Assembly (NCBI RefSeq): GCF_963921235.1
Contig: NC_086108.1
Coordinates: 682,001-746,000 of the forward strand
Source: Mobula hypostoma
Lineage: Eukaryota
DNA length: 64,000 bases
Reading direction: 5' to 3'
Positions 36,745 through 48,878 of the stretch are shown piece by piece (the first letter of the stretch is position 1; the number at the start of each line of letters is the position of its first letter). The position numbers and the translations under genes are program-made. The notes beneath the pieces were generated by a model. That model was not told the DNA's origin, did no database searches, and was given only the letters and a program-made list of their open reading frames with translations.

Positions 36745-39700
36745 CATAGAATCATAGAGAAGTACAGCACAAAAACAGGCCATTCAGTTCACCGTGCTAA
36801 AACCATTTAAACTACCAACTCCAATCAACCTGCACCGGTACCATAGCCCTACCATCCATGTACCTATCTAAACTTCTCTCAGACATCGAAATCGAACTCA
36901 CGTGCACCACTTGTGCTGGCAGCTCATTCCACACTCTGAGTGAAGATGTTAAATTTCACCCTTAACCCATGACCTCTCGTTGTAGTCCCACCCAATCTCA
37001 GTGGAAAAAGCCTGCTTGCATTTACCGTATCTATACCTCTCATAATTTTGTATACCTATCAAACCTCCCCTCAATCTTCTATATTCTAAGGAATACAGTC
37101 CTAATCTGTTCAGTCTTTCCCTATAGCTCAGGTCCTCGAGACTTGGCAACATTCTAGTAAATTTTCTCTATACTCTTTCAACCTTCTTTACTAGCAGGAA
37201 ATGATAAAATATAGTGGTTGGGGATATGGAGGTATGAGTTAAAGGGTGGAATTGTTTATCAGCCTGACTACTTGGGAAAAGTAACTACTTTTGAGTCTGG
37301 TGGCCTGGTGTGAATGCTACGTAGCCTCTGCATATATACCCTGATGGCGAGTAGGCTGCTGCTGGTGATGCGTTGGGCAGTTTTGTCTACCCTTCCTTCA
37401 GTAACAGTGCAGTCTCCGTCCCATACAGTGATGCAGCATGTTAGGATGCTCTCCACTGCACATCTCCAGGGTGATGTGAGTATAGATGTTCCCTTCAGTT
37501 CTCTTCAGTTGCAAATCTATGATTAATAGCTTTTTTGTTAATCTAAGGTATGGTGGGGTAGAGATGCATCTCTACCAAAAGAGATGTAAGGTACTCCTTC
37601 CCTCTGCTAGTCTGCAAGGGCAAGGTGTAGCACCTGCTTAGCCCCCACCTCTTTGATCAGGGTCATGTGAAGCCATGGGAACAGGTGGTGGACGGTCGCA
37701 CGAGCAGCCGGTGCATCACAAGTCCTGGTTATGTGACCGCTGATGGTAGGCAGACAATCTCTGAAGAGTATTGGTAATGGCTGGGGTCACCCATCTTGTA
37801 AAAGTACTGCTCAGAAGAAGGCAATGGAAAACCAGTTCTGTAGAAAAGTTTGCTAAGAACGTTCATGGTCATAGAAAGACCATGATCACCTACGTCATAT
37901 GACATGGCACATAATGAACAAACGAAGGTATTAAGAGATAAGGGAGAAAGACGAAATCTGTGAGGACACGTCACAGATGAACAGTAATCTCATTAAGTGG
38001 CATGGTTTGCAAAATAATCTTTGTGTTCTCCTGTTCAATACACCAGTTTTGTGGATGAGGAAGTTCTGCAATAGATTCAAGATTCAAACTTATTTATCAC
38101 GTACACATCAAAAACATACAGTGAAATGCGTCACTTGCGCTAACAACTACACACCCTCGGGTGTGCCAGGGGTGGCCCACATGTGTTGCCACACATTCTT
38201 GCACCAACACAGGATGCTGACAGTGCTCAGCGGAACAAAACAAGCTCCGTTCCACATCTCCTGCGCTGCTCACCTTTGTACATGGAGTGGAGGCTTGGAC
38301 TTAGGCATAACCTCCAGTTGTCCCACATATCTGTCCCTAATTCTCCCCTCTATCCCCACAGCCAACCTTAAAGAAGCAATTAAAAAAAAAACAACCAAAT
38401 CTGAGCCATGATTCAACTGAGGGTGTAGCTTGGCACCATTTTGGACAGAGAAAGAACTTTCAAATAGCTTTTTGGAGTGAGATTGACCATTAATGAGACT
38501 ACAGTGGCCAGCAAGTGTCAAGCCCTGTTCCTCTGCTGGTCACTTTCCAGTGATCAATGGTAGAACATGATTTGTGTGGCACTGGATCAAAGATAATTGT
38601 CATCAATTACAGTAAGACATGGGGACATGTGTGAATCTCGAAGCTTGTCCTTCGGTAATAGCATTCCGGAGAGCAAGTTGTCTCTGTTTCCATCTGAAGC
38701 AGAGAGTTTACTCCACCCTGCACTCCTGGTTGATGATCCCTATTAATCAGCAGTGAAATTCTGAAATCTTGCTCAGGCTTTGGAGGTTGTTAATGATATT
38801 AGTTTTTAAGACCTACAGTAGAATTAGTCTCCTCACCATTCCATTCTAAGGTGCTCTATTATCTCTCTCAACCCCACTCTCCTGTCTTTTCCATAAGCCA
38901 TAGGGGCAGAATTAGGCTGTTCGGCCCATCGAGTTTCCTCTGCCATTTCATCATGACTGATTTATTATCCCTCTCACCTTTGACACTCTTACCTTTCCCT
39001 CTCACATTCTCCCCATAACCTTTTGACGCCCTTACTAAACAAGAACCTATCAACCTTTGCTTTAAATATACCCAATGACTTGGGCTCCACAGTCGTCTGT
39101 GGCAAGAATTCCACAGATTCACCACCCTCCGGCTAAAGAAACTCCTCCTCATCTCTGCTGTAAAGGGGCATCCTTGTATTCTGAGGCTGTGCCCTTTGGT
39201 GCTGTACTTCCCCACAGTAGGAAATATCCTGTCCACATCCATTCTAGGGAAAGTCAGAATTTTCTGAGAAACAAGATCAGCCATGACCTTATTGACTGCT
39301 GATGAGGCAGGGGGGCACAGTAGTGTAGTAGTTAGAATTACACTAATACAGCACCAGCGATCCACATTTGATTCACGTCGCTGTCTTTCAGAAGAATGCA
39401 TGTTTTCCCCGTCACTGTGGGTTCCTCCCACATTCTAAAGACGTCTCGGTTTGTCAGATCATTGGTTACATGGTATAATTGTGTGGTGCTGACTTGCTGG
39501 GCCAGAAGTGTCTGTTAGCATGCTGTATTGTTAAATAAAAATAAGAGGCACACAGCGGCTGAATGGCCTTTTCCTCTATCTCTTGCATTTCTATAGATGT
39601 AGTTTGTGCGCCACTATTAATGATTATGTCAACGTTTCTGTACCCAGCCAAATCACCTGACTGGCAACTTCTGGACGTGGCAGTTGGCCATATCTAGCCC

Positions 39701-40835
39701 TCGAGCCTTCAGACAATTTATATGTGTGTGCCATTCCCTCTCTTATCTCTTGTCAACAGAGCACACACTTGCTTATTGTGTGACTGGCCACAGTGTTATT
39801 TATACATGATGCTGAAATGACACAGCAGCTATAAATATGGGTTTGCCTCAGTTCCACTGAAGTACTGGGCTTGTCAGGCCTGCACTCAAGGTGATTGTGT
39901 GTTTTGCTGCCAGTTTAAAAAGTTTAAAATGCAAATTCTAAGGGCTGTGTCCAACTTCATAATATTTTCTTCATCTGCTCCTTCTCTTCCTTACTGTGCG
40001 ATGACCCTACAGGTTGCCAGCCTTGCCCTAGGACTTGTTTTCCCATGATCCATAGAGCTTGGCAGTCTCGTTAACCCCTGATAAGAGTATCAATGCCTGT
40101 AACCTCTCATCACAATGGAAAATGAATAGGTGGTGGAGTGGTGCGACTTTCAGAGCTGCTGCCTCCCTGCGCCAATAACCTTGTGGTTCGAACCCGAGCT
40201 CAGGTGCTGTCTGCGTGGTGTCTCTCCCGGCAAACACTTAGGTTTCCTCTGGTGATCTGGCTTCCTTCCACACCCAGTGATATGCAGTTTAATAGGTCAA
40301 TTCCCCTCGGGTGGGTGGGCAGTATGGGGAATGAGGGTGAACTGGTACTGATTCAATTTGAATAGCTTCCTGTGTTGTAAAGATGTGGAAGCTTTAGAGA
40401 GGGTACAGAGGAGGTTTACCAGGATGTTGCCTGGATTAAAGAGCGTGTCTTGTTAGCAGAGATTGAGCGAGCTAGGGCTTTTCCCTTAGGAGTGAAGCAG
40501 GATGTAAGGTGACTTGATAGATGTATATAAGAGGCAGAGACAGTGTGGAAAGCCAGAGACTTTATCCCAGGGTGGAAATGGTTAATACAAGTGTCAGAAT
40601 TTAAGTTGATTTGGAGAAAAGTATGCTGAGGATATCAAAGGTGGTTTTTTGACACAGAGAGTGATCGATGTGTGGAACGGACTGCTAGGGCTGGTAGTAG
40701 AGACAGGTACATTAGGGACATTTAAGAGACTCTTAAATAGGCACGTGGATGATAGAAAAATAGAAATAAATGATTGAAAATGGAGAGTATTGTGGGCCAA
40801 AGGGCCTGTACTGTGTTGTAGTGTTCTATGTTCTT
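36745..40835. mobile_element. Scattered CR1 3' fragments: 36745-37190(-), 38890-39250(-), 40365-40835(+)
   Basis: ORF 36949-37152 (LSYRERLNRLGLYSLE), 38868-39431 part (FFSRRVVNLWNS), CR1 tails. Confidence 0.8.
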
Positions 40836-42157
40836 TGTAATATGGAGTATGTTATCATCAGAGGGAGCTGGGGTTGAGAAAGGAGCTGTGATGTGCTGAG
40901 GCTCAGGCTAATCTTAGGGAAATGAGCAAGGCAAGGGATTAGTTTTGATTAATTTTGCAAATATGGTTTGTGTACTGGTGACCTTAATGACCTGTGATTC
41001 CATTGCTCCGTGCATTGTGTGGCTCAGTATTGAACCACACAGATGAGCAGTTCCATAGTAATTGAAAAACAAAGAAAAATTGCTGGAAATCCGAAATGAA
41101 ACCCAAAAAATCCTGGAGTTATTAAACTGGTCAGGCAGCAACTCTGGGGAGAGGGAGTGTGGGGAGGGGAAGGGGAAGAGAGAGAGGTATATGTGTGCAT
41201 TACTCTCTCTCGATCTCTCTATATCTGTAAAAATAATATGTGTGTGTATATCTATTATGTATAAAATAGTTAATAGGTAGTGCAAAATTAGAGATTAAAA
41301 ACAGTAGTGAGGTAGTATTCTGGGGTTCAATGTCCAGTCTGAAATCTGGATTCAGCTGTTCCTGAATCATTGAGTGTGTACCTTCAGGCTCCTGTACCTC
41401 CTCCCTGATAGGAGCAGTGAGAAGAGGGCATGACCTGGGTCCTTAATTATGGACACCAGCTTTTTGAGGCCTCATTCCTTGAAGAGATGCTGGGGAGACT
41501 AGTGCCTGTGATGGAGCTGACTGTGTTTACAACATCTGCAGCTATTTAGCCCCACCATATCAGATGGTGATACAGCCGGTTAGAATGCTCTCCATGGTAC
41601 GTCTGTAGAAATTTGCGAGTCTCTTCAATACCCTAATGTATATCCCTGGCAGAGAAGACTCGATGAGCTGAATGGAGTAATTGGGCTCCTATGTCTAATG
41701 GTATCTTTCCTCTACCACCACCCCTGACAGTGTGTTCCATGTACAAACCACTCTCTGTGTATAGAGCTTGCCTCTGACTTTCCTACAATCACCCAAACAC
41801 CCGGGTTGCTGGAGCTGTAAGGGTGTTATGCTAACTGCTATGCTACCAATGGTAACAAATCTGAGAGCTGCAACACATCAAACTTTTTGTTGCTGAGAGC
41901 ATAGTTTGTTAGGTTGCTTATCCTGTGGAATCTGTGCCTCTTCCTCTCCATTTTCCTCTGAATTCGTGAGCTGATGTGTTGTAGGGAGCATGACAGTATC
42001 GTGTGACATTCTTCTGCTCATGTGAGGATACTGATGATGCCAGTCAGTCCGATTTCTGTGCTCTGACATGAGTGTTTAGACTCAGTTTCCATCAGTTAAA
42101 AGCTCCTTTGTTCAAAGATTCAAAGTACATTTATTATCAAATAATGTATAAATTATA

Positions 42158-42616
42158 CAGGTGTCCCCTGCTTTACGCCACTTCGCTTTTACGAAAGACC
42201 TACATTAGTACCTGTTTTCGCTAAGTGAAAGAGGATTTTCGCTTTTACGAAAAAAGACATCCGCTTTAAATGTGTGTTTACCCCGAGAAAGACTACCATG
42301 ACCATGAAGCCTTGAGCGGTTGTGTGTGTGTGCGCATGCACGTACGTGCCAATTTTTTTCTACAAATCAGTTTTGGCTAAATCTTCTGGATTCTGTTAAG
42401 TGAAACTATAGTGTACATACATTATTTCTATTTTATATAAGCTGTGTATTTATCATATTATTCCTGCTTTTACTATAAGTTAGTGTTATTTTAAGTTTTA
42501 TGTGCTAAAAATTTTTCCCATATAAATTAATGGTAATTGCTTCTTCACTTTACGCCATTTCGGCTTACGAACGGTTTCATAGGAACACTCTACCTTCGGA
42601 TAACGGGGGAAACCTG
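42158..42616. mobile_element. Tigger/pogo MITE, same family as 14874-15880, inserted in a Rex1-tailed repeat
   Basis: TA-CAGGTGTCCCC ... GGGGGAAACCTG-TA; right end is the reverse complement of 14874-14980. Confidence 0.88.
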
Positions 42617-43456
42617 TACAACCTTGAGATTAGTTTGCTTACAAGCAGCCACAAAACAAGAAATCTGAAAGAATCCAATTAAAAAAATAAAGACCAACTC
42701 CTAAAGTTTACAGAGGAAGAGGGAAAAAAACACAAACCATGCAAACAATAGCATGAGCATTCCAAACCAAATTGAGTCTTTCGATCTAAATGCCCATAGC
42801 AGCCTGGAGTAGGCCCAAAGCCTTAGTATTCAGTTCATCATTTTAGCAGGGCAAATCGCCGCAAAGTTCACAGACACAAAGCACAGCAGTCGGGGGCCGT
42901 CTCACAGCCTTAGTGTTGCAGAGAGAGGAGCCCCAGTCTACCTGGGCTGGTGTTTAAATTCTCAGTAGGGGTTTTATCATTGAATCCTCCCCACTGTGGG
43001 GGAGGGATTAAACCTACTCCGAATGATCTTTTAATGTAACATCTCTCCAGTCCTCAAGTGTATTTCCCAACCTTCTAGCTGCTAGCCTTTAGAACATCCA
43101 TGGCCTCATATTCCAACAGGGTTTGATCAAAGTTCAGAGCCGCAGTCAGTGGCTAACACAGTCTAAGGATGTGTTCTGGGCAGCTCGCAAGTGTCGCCAC
43201 ACTTCCAGCACCAACATCGCATGCCCGCAACTCACTGCCCCGAACCCGTATGCCTTTGGACTGAGAGGGGAAACCGTAAGGTCACAAGGAGTACGTACAA
43301 ACTCCTTAAAGGCAGCGGCAGAAATTAAACTTTGGTCTTGGGTACTGTAAAGCTTTGTGCTAATCACTACTCTACCTTTTCCTCCCTCATCCCATAGATG
43401 AGTGGGTTGGTAGGCAAATTGAGTGCTGTAAATTGCCCCTGAGTGGTAGAACCTGA

Positions 43457-44323
43457 ACAACAGGAATTCTGCAGATGCTGGAAATTCAAGCAACATACAT
43501 CAAAGTTGCTGGTGAACGCAGCAGGCCAAGCAGCATCTGTAGGAAGAGGTGCAGTCGATGTTTCAGGCCGAGACCCTTCGTCAGGACTAACTGAAGGAAG
43601 AGTGAGTAAGGGATTTGAAAGTTGGAGGGGGAGGGGGAGATCCAAAATGATAGGAGAAGACAGGAGGGGGAGGGATAGAGCCGAGAGCTGGACAGGTGAT
43701 TGGCAAAAGGGATACAAGAGGATCATGGGACAGGAGGTCCGGGAAGAAAGACGGGGGGGGGGGACCCAGAGGATGGGCAAGAGGTATATTCAGAGGGACA
43801 GAGGGAGAAAAAGGAGAGTGAGAGAAAGAATGTGTGCATAAAAATGAGTAACAGATGGGGTACGAGGGGGAGGTGGGGCCTTAGCGGAAGTTAGAGAAGT
43901 CGATGTTCATGCCATCAGGTTGGAGGCTACCCAGACGGAATATAAGGTGTTGTTCCTCCAACCTGAGTGTGGCTTCATCTTTACAGTAGAGGAGGCCGTG
44001 GATAGACATGTCAGAATGGGAATGGGATGTGGAATTAAAATGTATGGCCACTGGGAGATCCTGCTTTCTCTGGCGGACAGAGCGTAGATGTTCAGCAAAG
44101 CGGTCTCCCAGTCTGCGTCGGGTCTCGCCAATATATAAAAGGCCACATCGGGAGCACCGGACGCAGTATATCACTCCAGTCGACTCACAGGTGAAGTGAT
44201 GCCTCACCTGGAAGGACTGTTTGGGGCCCTGAATGGTGGTAAGGGAGGAAGTGTAAGGGCATGTGTAGCACTTGTTCCGCTTACACGGATAAGTGCCAGG
44301 AGGGAGATCAGTGGGGAGGGATG
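43457..44323 (-). mobile_element. Penelope-like element 3' part, best-preserved copy
   Basis: ORF 43881-44207: HFTCESTGVIYCVRCSRCGLLYIGETRRRLGDRFAEHL...PDGMN (GIY-YIG); hammerhead 43553-43588; perfect 12-bp TSD GGTAGAACCTGA at 43445-43456 and 44324-44335. Confidence 0.92.
43553..43588 (-). ncRNA. Minimal type I hammerhead ribozyme motif (representative of 8 copies)
   Basis: AGUC CUGACGA AGG GUCUCGG CCU GAAA CAUC GACU: stem I AGUC/GACU, core CUGANGA and GAAA, stem II AGG/CCU, NUH triplet. Confidence 0.75.
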
Positions 44324-45627
44324 GGTAGAACCTGATTCAGGTTTGGTGGAAGGGGTTAAAGTCATAAGTGTTATACAGCATTGTTTGTGTCAACAACCAA
44401 CACAATCTGAGATGTGCTAGGGGCAGTCCACAAGTACCAACACAGCATGTCCACAAAATACCAACCCTAACCCGTACGTCTTTGAAGTGTGGGAGGAAAC
44501 TGGAGCACCTGGAAGAAATGGGGAGAAGGTACAAACTCTTTACTGACTGGGGCAGAAGTTGAACCCTGATCAGAGATCACTGGCACTGTAAAGCATGTTA
44601 ACTGCTGTGCTGCCATACTATACATCAACAGTGCAGGGGTGTGTAGGTATGGTAGGGCTGACCTCTGGGAGCTCAGTTCTATGCTTCAACTGGGGTATAC
44701 AACAAGATCATCCAGTGTGGATTCGATTCTCCCGTTATAAAGGAAACTGCATGGTGAGCTCTGAATATACGGACCTGAACTAAGGAAATCGCTGTTCCAA
44801 CTAAAAGGAGTATAGGGAGCCCCAGACTGTCATCATTTTTAAAAAATGTAAATGAGAAATGTATTTCTGTAGACTTTCACAACCCCAGGACCTGAGAAAG
44901 CACCTCAGAGTCAATGAAGAACGAAGAGTCGCCAGAGGAAACGCAGCAGTCACTCTGCACAGTTGATGTCCCATGAACAACAGTGGAGCAAACTTTTTTA
45001 GAGATTGAAGGATAAAATATGACTAGTGCATTGGAGAGAATTCCTTTGCACCACTTCCCGGCTAAGGGACTCCAAAGAAGGAATGAAGCAAGCAGCACAG
45101 ACAAAATGTTGGAGGAACTCAGCAGGCCAGGCACCATCTGTGGAAAAGAGTAAGCAATCGACATTTCAGGCTCAGACCCTTCAGCTGGACTGTTCTTTTT
45201 AAAAAAAAGATGAGAAGTCAGAGCAAAAAGATGAAGGGAGAAGAGGAAGATTTACAAAATGTTAAGAGTTATTAAGTGTGAGGTGGTTCATTTTGGTAGG
45301 TCAAATATGATGGCAGAATAATAAAACTCTTGGCATTGTGGAGGATCAGAGGGATCTTGGGGTCTGAGTCCATAGGACACTCAAAGCTACTGTGCAGGTT
45401 GACTCTGTGGTTAAGAAGGTATACAGTACATTGGCCTTCATCAACCGTGGGATTGCGTTTAAGAGCCAAGAGGTAATGTTACAGCTTTATAGGACCCTGG
45501 TCAGACCCCACTTGGAGTACTGTGCTCAGTTCTGGTCACCTCACTACAGGAAGGATGTGGAAACCATAGAAAGGGTGTAGAGGAAATTTACAAGGATGTT
45601 GCCTGGATTGGGAAGCATGCCTTATGA

Positions 45628-47338
45628 CAGCGGTCCCTAACCACCGGGCTGCAGAGCATGTGCTACCAGGTCGCGAGGAAACAATATGAGTCAGCTGCGC
45701 CTTTCCTCATTTCCTGTCATGCAGTGTTTAACTTGAACATAGGGTTGCCAACTGTCCCGTATCAGCCAGGACATCCCGTATATTGGGCTAAATTGATTTG
45801 TCACATACTTGTCCCGTATTTCCCCCGTTAAGGCAGAGCGTTCCTATGAAACCTTTTGTGCTGAAATGACGTGAAGTGAAGAAACAATTACCATTAATTT
45901 ATATGGGAAAATTCCCAGACCCAAAAAATAACCTACCAAATCATACCAAATAACACACAAAACCTAAAATAACACTAAGCAGGAATGATATAATAAATAC
46001 ACAGCCTATATAAAGTAGAAATAATGTATGTACAGTGTAGTTGGGAAGATTAAGTCAAAACCGATTTGTGGGGAAAAAAAATAGGAACGTACGTGCATGA
46101 GCACGTCATGCATGCGCACACATATGCCCGTGCAAGGCTTCATGGTCATAGAAACATAGAAACATAGAAAATAGGTGCAGGAGTAGGCTATTTGGCCCTT
46201 CGAGCCTGCACCGCCATTCAGTATGATCATGGCTGATCATCCAACTCAGAATCCTGTACCAGCCTTCCCTCCATACCCTCTGATCCCTTTAGCCACAAGG
46301 GCCTTATCTAACTCCCTCCTAGATATAGCCAATGAACTGGCCTCAACTGTTTCCCGTGGCAAAGAATTCCACAGATTCACCACTCTCTGTGTGAAGAAGT
46401 TTTTCCTCATCTCGGTCCTAAAAGGCTTCCCCTTTATCCTCAAACTGTGACCCCTCGTTCTGGACTTCCCCAACATCGGGAACAATCTTTCTGCATCTAG
46501 CCTGTCCAATCCCTTTAGAATTTTATACGTTTCAATCAGGTCCCCCTCAATCTTCTAAATTCCAGAGAGTACAAGCCTAGTTGATCCAGTCTTTCATCAT
46601 ATGAAAGTCCTGCCATCCCAGGAATCAATCTGGTGAACCTTCTTTGTACCCCCTCTATGGCAAGAATATCTTTCCTCAGATTAGGGGACCAAAACTGCAG
46701 ACAATACTCTAGGTGTGGTCTCACCAAGGCCTTGTACAACTGCAGTAGAACCTCCCTGCTCCTGTACTCGAATCCTCTTGCTATGAATGCCAGCATACCA
46801 TTCGCCTTTTTCACTGCCTGCTGTACCTGCATGCCCACTTTCAATGACTGGTGTATAATGAGACCCAGGTCTCATTGCACCTCCCCTTTTCCTAATCTGC
46901 CACCATTCAGATAATAATCTGTTTTCCTGTTCTTGCCACCAAAGTGGATAACTTCACATTTATCCACATTAAATTGCACCTGCTATGAATATCCACATTA
47001 AGTTGCATGGTAGTCATGGTAGTCTTTCTCGGGGTAAACACAAGCGTCTTGTCAACACACACACAAAAATGCTGGTGAACGCAGCAGGGCAGGCAGCATC
47101 TATAGGAAGAGGTACAGTCGACGTTTTGGGCTGAGACCCTTCGTCAGGACTTGACTGCTACTTTTGTCCCTTATTTGGGAGTGAGAAATTTGTAAAAGAA
47201 ATTGTAAAAGGCCTGTTGAGGTGAGTTTAACCCTAGATGAACACCACCCCCGCCCCCCCCCCCCCGGGTCGGCCGGTCTGCAAGAATATTGTCAATATTA
47301 AACTGGTCCGTGGTGCAAAATAAGGTTGGGAACCCCTG
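45628..47338. mobile_element. Composite non-autonomous hAT element
   Basis: TIRs CAGCGGTCCCTAACC / GGTTGGGAACCCCTG; perfect 8-bp TSD CCTTATGA at 45620-45627 and 47339-47346; contains Tigger-MITE sequence, a CR1 and a Penelope terminus. Confidence 0.88.
46147..46985 (-). mobile_element. CR1 3' fragment nested in the hAT element
   Basis: ORFs 46536-46844 and 46246-46509; (CATAGAAA)n tail 46147-46170. Confidence 0.9.
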
Positions 47339-48878
47339 CCTTATGAGAATAGGTTGAGTAAACTTGGCCTTTTCTCCTTGGAGCGACGGAGGATGAGAGG
47401 TGACCTGATAGAGGAGTATAAGAGAGGCATTGATCGTGTGGATATAGTCAGAAGCTTTTTCCCAGGGCTGAAATGGCTAACACAAGAGGCCACAGTTTTA
47501 AGAAGCTTCAGAGGAGATGTTGGGGGTAAGTTTTTTACGCAGAGAGTGGTGAGTGCGTGGAATGGGCTGCTGGCGACGGTGGTGGAGGTGGAAACAATAG
47601 GATCTTTTAAGAGACTCCTGAATGGATACATGGAACTTAGAAAAGTAGAGGGCTATAGGTAAGCCTAGGTAGCTCTAAGGTAAGGACATGTTAGGCACAG
47701 CTTTGTGGGCCAAAGGGCCTATATTGTGCTGTAGGTTTTCTATGTTTCTATGGCAAGTATGGGTGAAACCGGGGGAGCGGGGTGAAGTAAAGAGCTGGGA
47801 AGTCAATTGGTGAAAAAGATAAAGGGCTGGAGGGCAGGGAATCTGATAGGAGAAGACAGAAGACCATGGAAGAGAGGGAAGAGGAGGAAGTACCAGCGGG
47901 AGGTGATGGGCAGGTAAGAAGAAAAGGTGAGGGGGAAATGGGAATGGAGATTGGTGAAGTGGGGGGCATTATCGGAATGAAGCAATTTCTCTATGTTGGT
48001 GCTGGTGTGTTTGCTATAATAGGATCTCAATCTCAATACTTATATTTCGGACTCAGCACAGAATTGACCCTTCTCGCCGCACCATCCAGCAAACCCCCCC
48101 CCCCCATTTAACGCTGGACTAATTGTGGGACAATTTATAGTGAGCAATTAACCTACTAACCAGTATGGCTTTGGGCTGTGGGAGGAAACAGGAGCACCTA
48201 GAGCAAACACACGCAATCACTGGGAGAACGTACAAACTCTTTACAGGCAACAACCGGAATTGAACTCAGGTCGCCTATACTCTAAAGCATTGTGCTAACC
48301 ACAGTGCTACTGTGTCGCCCTATCTCCAGAAGGTGACTTGAACCCACGCCTAAGAGTTGCTGCTGACACCAGATGGATTGGGTGGTGAATGACAGGTAGA
48401 ACGGGAGGAGGAGCAGCCTGCCCTGCTATGGCTATCTGCCCAGGCTCAGGTTGTCTTCTCTGTTAGTTTCCCCCCAACCCCACCTTCAATTCCCTGACCT
48501 TTCAGAAGCAGATCTTCCTCCAACTTTAAACACTTGTGATTCAGCCACCACACCTCCATAGGGCAAAAGATTTCAGATAATCATCACCCACTGCAGAAAG
48601 GAATTTGAACAATTCGTATCTCTTTGTTCAAGACGCTCCCTCTAGTGCAGATATTGCAACATCTACCCTGGTATCGACCTCAGGATCAGTAAGGACATCT
48701 CAGATTCTTCCAAAGAAATCAGACCCAGCCTGTTTAGCCTGTTTTGACAGAATAATCCTTACGTTCTAGGGATTAATGTGATGAATTTGTTTATGGGTTG
48801 TCTTTGATGCTGTAATTGCTATAATCATACAATTTGGCTAGAATCTGTTATTGATGTTGAGTAGGAATTACATTTACG

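Larger units (their letters stand above)
45273..47750 (+). mobile_element. CR1 3' fragment split by a hAT element
   Basis: ORFs 45392-45580 and 47354-47662 are contiguous once 45628-47338 and one TSD copy are removed. Confidence 0.9.
45090..47977 (-). mobile_element. Older Penelope-derived element (45090-45255 plus 47751-47977) split by a CR1
   Basis: Terminus with decayed hammerhead 45156-45191; the purine-rich UTR resumes at 47751 and ends ggggggcattatcggaa, like 43875-43890. Confidence 0.7.

Noticed and set aside
37552..37650. HDV-like ribozyme at the 5' end of the RTE-dependent SINE family
   Set aside because: P1-like and P4-like pairings can be drawn from the family consensus, but I could not place a P3/L3 of proper size or a convincing P2.
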